DNA from: Gloeobacter kilaueensis JS1
GTDB lineage: Bacteria; Cyanobacteriota; Cyanobacteriia; Gloeobacterales; Gloeobacteraceae
Length of the DNA: 32,000 nt
Direction: 5' to 3'
Assembly: GCF_000484535.1 (NCBI RefSeq)
Contig: NC_022600.1
Span: 3,990,234 to 4,022,233 of the forward strand
In this document: positions 25,901 to 32,000 of the stretch, in pieces
Layout: each line of letters begins with the position of its first letter
How positions within the stretch are numbered: the stretch's first letter is position 1
Program-made: the position numbers and the translations under genes
Notes under the pieces: model-generated
Seen by the model: only the letters and a program-made list of their open reading frames with translations
The model's database searches: none
What the model was told of the DNA's origin: nothing

Positions 25901-26065
25901 GAGGGGCAAGGACAGATCCTCGCAGAGCAGTTTCTGCAGCGTTGGTCCGCTCAAATAGCCGGGATGGCCGCCGCCTGCTGTCTCCGCCCACAGATAAAAC
26001 GCGCCATCCTGAATAAAAGGATCGTCCGTTGGATCTAAAAGCCAGGTGCCGTGCAGGATCTGCAT
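22955..26065 (-). CDS. SNF2-family DEAD/H-box ATPase/helicase with a long N-terminal SNF2-associated region
   Basis: Motif I is [15 protein letters not shown], motif II is [11 protein letters not shown] and motif III is [15 protein letters not shown]. The helicase-C motifs are [15 protein letters not shown] and [21 protein letters not shown]. About 570 aa of unassigned sequence lie N-terminal to the ATPase core. Confidence 0.93.
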   Translation of the reverse strand: [1036 protein letters not shown]

Positions 26066-26137
26066 GACTGCTCTGTATCAGCAGGTTTTCTGTGGCCCGC
26101 AAGCAATCCTTCGGGCTGCCTCACAGTTTAGCGATTT

Positions 26138-26776
26138 TTAGCTGAGCCAGCCCTCGCGCAGGGCGCGGACCGCCGCCTGGACGCGGTCGTTGACGCCAAG
26201 TTTGGCGATGATGTTGCTCACATGCACCCGCACCGTGCCCGCCGAGATGTAGAGCTGGCGGCCAATCTCCGGATTGGTGAGGCCATCGGCCACCAGTTTG
26301 AGCACGTCCATTTCACGATCGGAGAGAGGATTGACAGCGGTGGTCTGGGCGATGCGGCCCAGATCCCGCAGCACGCGGTCGGCTACCTCCGGATCGAGCC
26401 AGGCCGCTCCGTCGCGCACCGAGGCGACCGCTGCGAGAAGGCGGCTCGCGACGCTGGCGGTGGCCTTGAGGCAGTAGCCGTCCGCCCCGGCAGCGAGCGC
26501 TCCAAAGACGCTCTCATCCTCGTCGTGGGAGGTGAGGGCGAGAACGCGCAGTTCCGGAAATTCGCGCTTGAGGGTGCGGGTCACCTCGATGCCGCTCACC
26601 ACCGGCAACCCCAGATCCATCAGCACCAGATCCGGTCCCAGCGAGCGGGCCAGGGCCAGCGCTTCCTCGCCATCGCGCGCCTCGCCCACCACCTGATAAC
26701 CGGGTGCCTGGGAGAGCACCTGGCGCAGGCCCAGGCGCATCAGCGTGTGATCCTCGACGATCAAAACGGTGGTCAT
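26138..26776 (-). CDS. NarL/FixJ-family response regulator (REC + LuxR-type HTH)
   Basis: The receiver domain has VLIVEDHTLMRLGL and the phospho-acceptor context DLVLMDLGLP. The C-terminal HTH is LSDREMDVLKLVADGLTNPEIGRQLYISAGTVRVHVSNIIAKLGV. No histidine kinase is present in the window. Confidence 0.92.
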   Translation of the reverse strand: MTTVLIVEDHTLMRLGLRQVLSQAPGYQVVGEARDGEEALALARSLGPDLVLMDLGLPVVSGIEVTRTLKREFPELRVLALTSHDEDESVFGALAAGADGYCLKATASVASRLLAAVASVRDGAAWLDPEVADRVLRDLGRIAQTTAVNPLSDREMDVLKLVADGLTNPEIGRQLYISAGTVRVHVSNIIAKLGVNDRVQAAVRALREGWLS

Positions 26777-26994
26777 CGTAGCGTCCGGTGGGACGGGCTT
26801 TTTCTTATCATCGCCTGTTGCCGGAACGCAGAAAGCTTAGTCCGGCCTTAACCAGTTGATCCAATTTTGTCACCAGGGCTGCTTACAATCCGCCTGTCTG
26901 AACGGGGAGAGGCTGCCACCGGGATTCTAGTACACCTGCCGGGGCAATGGGGAAGACCGCTCAGCCCTTGACACATTTGCGGGAGGGGAAGGGG

Positions 26995-29900
26995 ATGAAA
27001 GACAACGGCAGGCAGACTCAGCGGTGGCGCTGGCCTTTTTCGCGTCCGGTAACTATCGGGGCGATCGTTGCGGGACTGGTGGGCGGCACGGCGCTGGTCG
27101 CCACTTCGATCGGCTCGCTGTCGGTCTATTACAGCGCTCCGGCGGGCAATCTCCAGACGACGCGCCAGTACACGGTGGGCGGCTATCAGGGGGCGGTCCT
27201 GCCCAACGGACGGCTGATTACGCCCATCGGGATCGAGGTGAGTACGAGTGCTCCTAAGCCCTTTGGTACCGCCCTTTCACCGGACGGCAACACGCTTTTG
27301 ACCGTCAACAGCGGTACGACGCCCTTTTCGGTGACGCTGGTGCGCTATCTCAAAAGCGCCACCCCCGAGGCGACGCTGATCAACCTCGACGCCACTTTTA
27401 TGGGGGCCGCCTTCTCGCCCGACAGCAGCCGCTTCTACGTGGCCGGGGGCGAGAACGGCAATATCTGGGTGGGCGATGTGGCGACGGCCAAAATTATCGG
27501 TTCGGTCAACTTGAACGGCAGCAGCCATGCCTTCGATAGCCCCCTCGATCCGGCCCAACCGCCCTCGCCGGGGTTCAAGGGCACTTTTCCGGGCAATCTG
27601 GTGGTAAGTGGCGACGGCAAGTACCTCTACGTCGTCGATCAAGGCAGCTTCCAGGTTTTCGTCATCGACACCAGCTTGATCGCCACCGGCACCGACGCCG
27701 AGGGGTTGATTACCGAACCGAACAACTTTGCTGCCGTCGTGCGCTCGGTAAAAGTCGGGCGCTATCCGTTCGGCATCGGCCTCTCGCCCGACAATAAGAC
27801 CCTTTTTGTCGCCAACGTCGGCGTCTTCCAGTACACGAGCCTGACACCAGCCAGCCCCACGGGCGATCCGAATACGGATTTTCCGCTGTGCTACCCCGGC
27901 ACGGGCTATCCCCAGGAAGTAACCCGCAGTAAGCAGATCCAGATCACCAAAGTCGATCCGCGCAACCTGCCTGTCACCCAGCGCGACCCACGGGGCATCC
28001 GCTGCGGTTACATCCCCACAAGCCAGAGCTTTGTGATCCCGGCTCTGGGGAGCCCGAACGTGCCGGAATCTTCGTCGGTCTACGTCCTCGATGTCAGCTC
28101 CCCGACTGCGCCCGTGCTCAAAAAGATCGTCAAGACCGGACCACGGGTGGGCGAAACCGAAGAAGGGATCGAAACCTACAGCGGCAGCCACCCGAACGCG
28201 GTGGCGATTGCCCCGACGGCAATCTACGTCTCCAACGGCAACAACGACAGCATCTCGGTGCTCGATCCGACGAACCTGCGCGAACTGGGCCGCATCCGCC
28301 TTGGTTTTTTGCGCGGCCTCGATCGCCGCCTCAAGGGTCTGCAGCCGGTGTCGCTGGCTCTCAGCCCCGACTACCGCACCCTCTACGTCGCCCAGGCCGG
28401 TATCAACGCCGTTGCCGTCATTCGTCTCGAAGGCAGCGGCGGTACGGTAGTAGGCCAGATCCCGACCGGCTGGTGGCCCAGCAGCGTGCGGGTGAGCAGC
28501 GACGGCAAAACCCTCTACGTCGCCAACGCCAATGGCCGGGGGGCCGGTCCCAACAACGACTTTCCGCCCGACGATCTCGGCTCGCCCAAATCGAGCACGA
28601 TCGGCACGATCAACATCTTTGCCGTTCCTGCCGACGCCCAACTGGCGCGCTACACCGCCCGCGTCCTCGCCAACAACGGCTTTACCCCCTCTCCGGTAGC
28701 CGAACAGAACAATCCGATTCCAGCCCGCAACGGTATCCCCAGTCAGCAGATCAAGCACATCATCTTCATCAACAAAGAAAACGCTACCTACGACCTGCTT
28801 TTAGGAGACATTGCCCAGACGCGCACCGGTATTCCCGCCAACGGTGAACCGCGCTATTCGCTGGGTGAGGCGGCAAGTCCCAACCACCACGAACTGGCGC
28901 TCAGCTTCGCCTTCAGCGACAACTTCTACCTTGAACCGAACGTCTCCTCCGACGGCCACCGCTGGCTGACCAACACCTACACCACCGAGTTCGAGCAGAC
29001 CCACTGGCCCGCCTCCTACGGTGGGCGGCGCAACGACGCCGGTACCGATCCGAACGTTTTTATTCCCTATCCGGGTCGATTGGGATTCACCGACGCGGAC
29101 GGTTCGCCCGATCCCCACGACTACAACCAGCACGGCGGCATCTACCTGCACTTGGAGCGCAACGGCAAGAGCTTCGTCAACTTCGGCAACGGCTACGAAT
29201 TTGCGATCGTCCAGGAGGACGGCGGCACCGAGCCCACCGGCATCCGCGAGACGGTGAACGTGCCGATGGAAAAAGTCGTGCGCGACAACAGCGATCACCT
29301 GTTTGCCGAATTCAACACCCATATCCCCGACGCGCCCCTGCAGGAAGATCCGACCCGCTACAGCCGCTATAGCCGCTTCAAGCAGGTCTTCGAGTCCCAG
29401 TACGTCGATCGCAAGAACAAGACCTGCAAGTTGCCCAACTACGTCGATCTGTACTATCCCAACGACCACGGCGGCGGCGCGAACGACATCTTCCCAGACG
29501 GTCCGAGCTGGGACTTTACCCGCTACGTCCAGGACAACGACGCTGCTTTGGGCCTCACCGTGGACCTCATCTCCCACAGCCCCTGCTGGAAGGACACGGC
29601 GATCTTCGTCGTCGAGGACGACACCCAGGACGGCTTCGATCACGTCGATGGCACCCGCTCGCTGTTTCTTGCCATCAGCCCCTGGGTAAAGCGCCAGTAC
29701 CTGGGCAAGGCCCACTACAGCCTGGCGAGCATCTTCAAAACCGTCGATCTGGTGCTCGGCATCCCGCCCCTGAACCAGTACGACGCGGCGGCCACCGACC
29801 TGCGGGATCTCTTTACCAGCACCCCCGACTTTACCCCCTACACCTACGTACCGCCCCAGTTCGTGAGCCGCGCCAACCCGAGTTGGAGCCGCCTCACCAG

Positions 29901-30030
29901 GGGCATCGACTTTACCAGACCGGACGCGGACGAACTGCAGCTGCGCCGGGCCATCATGCTCTCGGAGAACCTGCCGCGCAAGAAGCAGCCGGTAGCGAAG
30001 ATCAAGTCTGCCGGGCAGGTCAGCAAGTGA
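26995..30030 (+). CDS. Membrane-anchored fusion of a YVTN-type beta-propeller and a phosphoesterase (PlcN/AcpA family) domain
   Basis: An N-terminal TM helix is present (VTIGAIVAGLVGGTALVATSIG). At least seven SPDGKxLYVAN-type blades follow (LSPDGNTLLTVN, FSPDSSRFYVAG, VSGDGKYLYVVD, LSPDNKTLFVAN, LSPDYRTLYVAQ, VSSDGKTLYVAN). The C-terminal phosphoesterase signatures are IKHIIFINKENATYD and FVVEDDTQDGFDHVDGTRS. ATG 26995 is preferred over 26947 because of an upstream GGAGG. Confidence 0.85.
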   Translation: MKDNGRQTQRWRWPFSRPVTIGAIVAGLVGGTALVATSIGSLSVYYSAPAGNLQTTRQYTVGGYQGAVLPNGRLITPIGIEVSTSAPKPFGTALSPDGNTLLTVNSGTTPFSVTLVRYLKSATPEATLINLDATFMGAAFSPDSSRFYVAGGENGNIWVGDVATAKIIGSVNLNGSSHAFDSPLDPAQPPSPGFKGTFPGNLVVSGDGKYLYVVDQGSFQVFVIDTSLIATGTDAEGLITEPNNFAAVVRSVKVGRYPFGIGLSPDNKTLFVANVGVFQYTSLTPASPTGDPNTDFPLCYPGTGYPQEVTRSKQIQITKVDPRNLPVTQRDPRGIRCGYIPTSQSFVIPALGSPNVPESSSVYVLDVSSPTAPVLKKIVKTGPRVGETEEGIETYSGSHPNAVAIAPTAIYVSNGNNDSISVLDPTNLRELGRIRLGFLRGLDRRLKGLQPVSLALSPDYRTLYVAQAGINAVAVIRLEGSGGTVVGQIPTGWWPSSVRVSSDGKTLYVANANGRGAGPNNDFPPDDLGSPKSSTIGTINIFAVPADAQLARYTARVLANNGFTPSPVAEQNNPIPARNGIPSQQIKHIIFINKENATYDLLLGDIAQTRTGIPANGEPRYSLGEAASPNHHELALSFAFSDNFYLEPNVSSDGHRWLTNTYTTEFEQTHWPASYGGRRNDAGTDPNVFIPYPGRLGFTDADGSPDPHDYNQHGGIYLHLERNGKSFVNFGNGYEFAIVQEDGGTEPTGIRETVNVPMEKVVRDNSDHLFAEFNTHIPDAPLQEDPTRYSRYSRFKQVFESQYVDRKNKTCKLPNYVDLYYPNDHGGGANDIFPDGPSWDFTRYVQDNDAALGLTVDLISHSPCWKDTAIFVVEDDTQDGFDHVDGTRSLFLAISPWVKRQYLGKAHYSLASIFKTVDLVLGIPPLNQYDAAATDLRDLFTSTPDFTPYTYVPPQFVSRANPSWSRLTRGIDFTRPDADELQLRRAIMLSENLPRKKQPVAKIKSAGQVSK

Positions 30031-30050
30031 GGAGCGAATAGGGAGTTGCC

Positions 30051-32000
30051 TCAGCGGACGAGGGCGGAGGGTGTGGTCGCCGCTTCGACCTTCAGCTCAC
30101 CTATCAAGTCGCTCACCTGCCAGCGGGTCCGCTCGTCCTCGCGCCAGCAGGTGAGCGTACAACTGGCGGTGCCGACTTTGAGGTTGCGCAGTTGCACTCT
30201 GTTTAGCCAGTCCGGCAGAACGGGGCGCACCAGCAGGCGGTGATGGCTCGCTTCGGCTCTGAGGCCCAACAGCGTGCGGATCAACAATAAAATCGCTCCT
30301 GCCGCCCACGCCTGGGGCACGTTCGCCTCCGGATAGGGCACAGGAAAACCGTCCGCCCGGCGCTCGATACCCGCGAACAGTTCCGGCATCCGCCCGGCCT
30401 CGAAGTAACCGGCGGCGGCAAAGATGCCCTCCGCGATCCGGGCTACCTCGGCATCGAAGCCGTAGCGCTTGAGCCCGGCGGCGATGATCGCGTTGTCGTG
30501 GGGCCAGACGCTGCCGCGCTGGTAGCTGATTGGGTTGTAGGCGACATGTTCGCTGCTGAGGGTGCGGATGCCCCAGCCGGACCACAGATCCGCTGCGAAC
30601 AGACGGCTGACCACCCGGCCTGCGCGCTCGGGCGGGACGATGCTGCTCACGAGCAACTGGCCAGGGTTAGAAGTGATAGAGCGGATCGGTTGCTTGTCGC
30701 GGTCAAGGCCCAGGCAGTAAAAGCCTTCTTCTTCCATCCAGAAGCGCTCGTTGAACGCTTCAAAGAGGGCGTCGGCCCGGCTGCGCAACTTTCGGGCCCG
30801 ATCGGCTTCTCCCCAGACTTCAAAAAGCTGGGCCGCCCGCCGCCAGGCGTCGTAGACGTAGCCTTGCACCTCGCAGAGGGCGATGGGCGGTTCGACCAGT
30901 TGACCGTCCGGGTAGACGATCGCATCGCCGGAGTCCTTCCAGCCCTGGTTGCGCAGGCCCTGCTGCGAGTGGGTGAGATATTCGACAAAGCCGTCGCCGT
31001 CGAAGTCGCCGTACCTGTCGATCCAGGCGAGGGCGCGCTCGAGGGCAGGACGGCACAGATCGAGCATCTGCCGGTCGGCGAGCCAGTCGTAGGATTCGGC
31101 GAGGGTCACCGCCCAGAGGGGCGTCGCATCGACGGTGCCGTAGTAGGGCGTATAGGGCAACTCGCCCAGTTCGGTGAGTTCGCCGCTGCGCAACTCGTGC
31201 AGGATCTTGCCCGGCTGGGCGTCGTGCCAGTCGTCCACCGCCTCGGCCTGCAGCATCGCAAGGCGCAACAGGGTGCCGCTTGCCAGCTCCGGATGGACCG
31301 CCATCGTCTGCAAGCTGGCGATGATCGAGTCGCGGCCAAAGACGGCGACGAACCAGGGAATACCCGCCGCCGGCATCCAGTAGTGGCGATCGTTGTCCTT
31401 GACGGCGATGCGCAGCGCCCCCATGTCCTCCAGCGCCTGACGGTACAGGGCGTTCACCTCGGCGTTGGAGGAATGCAGGTGGGTGGAGTGGGCCACGAAG
31501 TCGTCGCGCAGCTGGTTGGCTTCGGTGCGGTGCTGCTGGCTGCAGGAGCGGGCCGGGACCAGTTGCTCGCTGTCGGCCACCGCCGTAAAGTCGATGCAGG
31601 TGTGCCAGCTTCGGCCCGCCTCCAGCTGAATGTCGAAGATGAGCCGTCCGTTGGCGTAGCGGGGAGGGGCATCCGAGCTGCAGGGCAGGACGATGATCCC
31701 CCGCCGGAAGCTGCCGTTGCTGTAGGTGGTGGTGAGGGTGGTCTCATCCCAGGTGGTCGTTGTCTGGCCGCGCACCAGCAGTTGCCGGGACTTGACTTGA
31801 AAGATATCGGCAAAGTCGGAGCGGATGGCAAGCATCAGCTGAAAGCGCACGCTGCCGCTGGCGTGGTTGGCAATGTCGATGTCCTCGTGCATTCCGACGG
31901 CGACATCGCGCCGCACACTGATGATCAGTTGACCAGCCTTCACAGGACCGCCGACGCTGGGCATCTCGGGGTTGGTGAACTGGTAGAGGGCGCTGTGGTG
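30051..32000 (-). CDS. Amylo-alpha-1,6-glucosidase / glycogen-debranching-enzyme family protein; 5' end probably beyond window
   Basis: The GDE_C-type core contains GIPWFVAVFGRDSIIASLQ, YYGTVDATPLW, GLRNQGWKDSGD and YQRGSVWPHDNAII. The reading frame stays open upstream of the first Met (31964) to the window edge (HHSALYQFTNPE-M...). Confidence 0.88.
   Translation of the reverse strand, partial: HHSALYQFTNPEMPSVGGPVKAGQLIISVRRDVAVGMHEDIDIANHASGSVRFQLMLAIRSDFADIFQVKSRQLLVRGQTTTTWDETTLTTTYSNGSFRRGIIVLPCSSDAPPRYANGRLIFDIQLEAGRSWHTCIDFTAVADSEQLVPARSCSQQHRTEANQLRDDFVAHSTHLHSSNAEVNALYRQALEDMGALRIAVKDNDRHYWMPAAGIPWFVAVFGRDSIIASLQTMAVHPELASGTLLRLAMLQAEAVDDWHDAQPGKILHELRSGELTELGELPYTPYYGTVDATPLWAVTLAESYDWLADRQMLDLCRPALERALAWIDRYGDFDGDGFVEYLTHSQQGLRNQGWKDSGDAIVYPDGQLVEPPIALCEVQGYVYDAWRRAAQLFEVWGEADRARKLRSRADALFEAFNERFWMEEEGFYCLGLDRDKQPIRSITSNPGQLLVSSIVPPERAGRVVSRLFAADLWSGWGIRTLSSEHVAYNPISYQRGSVWPHDNAIIAAGLKRYGFDAEVARIAEGIFAAAGYFEAGRMPELFAGIERRADGFPVPYPEANVPQAWAAGAILLLIRTLLGLRAEASHHRLLVRPVLPDWLNRVQLRNLKVGTASCTLTCWREDERTRWQVSDLIGELKVEAATTPSALVR

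Overview
This is a 32-kb chromosomal segment with high G+C and strong GC3 codon bias. The gene content includes a VKOR-thioredoxin fusion, a translationally coupled purL-purF pair, a pentapeptide-repeat protein and GC-rich hairpin repeats. This suggests a high-GC cyanobacterium, possibly Gloeobacter-like, but that is inference only because no search was possible.

Most of the window is ordinary housekeeping or accessory-metabolism DNA:
- a heavy-metal-type RND efflux pair
- a Tam-like methyltransferase
- purF and purL
- a VKOR-Trx fusion
- an MnmC-like methyltransferase
- umuDC
- a GNAT acetyltransferase
- a transketolase-family enzyme
- a SWIM/SNF2 pair
- an orphan NarL-type response regulator
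- a beta-propeller/phosphoesterase fusion
- a glycogen-debranching-type glucosidase

The unusual part is roughly 3.9-9.3 kb. The 3' end of the RND pump gene is duplicated 3.4 kb downstream. The two copies bracket an insert, much of it AT-richer, that carries a co-directional trio on the minus strand. The trio encodes a hyper-acidic, low-complexity 420-aa protein, a signal-peptide-bearing double-retropepsin/PDZ protease and a pentapeptide-repeat protein. Immediately beyond the second copy lies an overlapping two-gene cassette encoding a minimal nucleotidyltransferase-fold protein and a 322-aa winged-helix protein. It resembles AbiE or other TA-like modules, but with reversed gene order.

Other notable items are two families of intergenic hairpin repeats, a self-contained 45-codon basic ORF (SD and terminator), and a umuDC promoter region with no canonical SOS box. 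The many long ORFs antisense to real genes are treated as GC-rich shadow ORFs.
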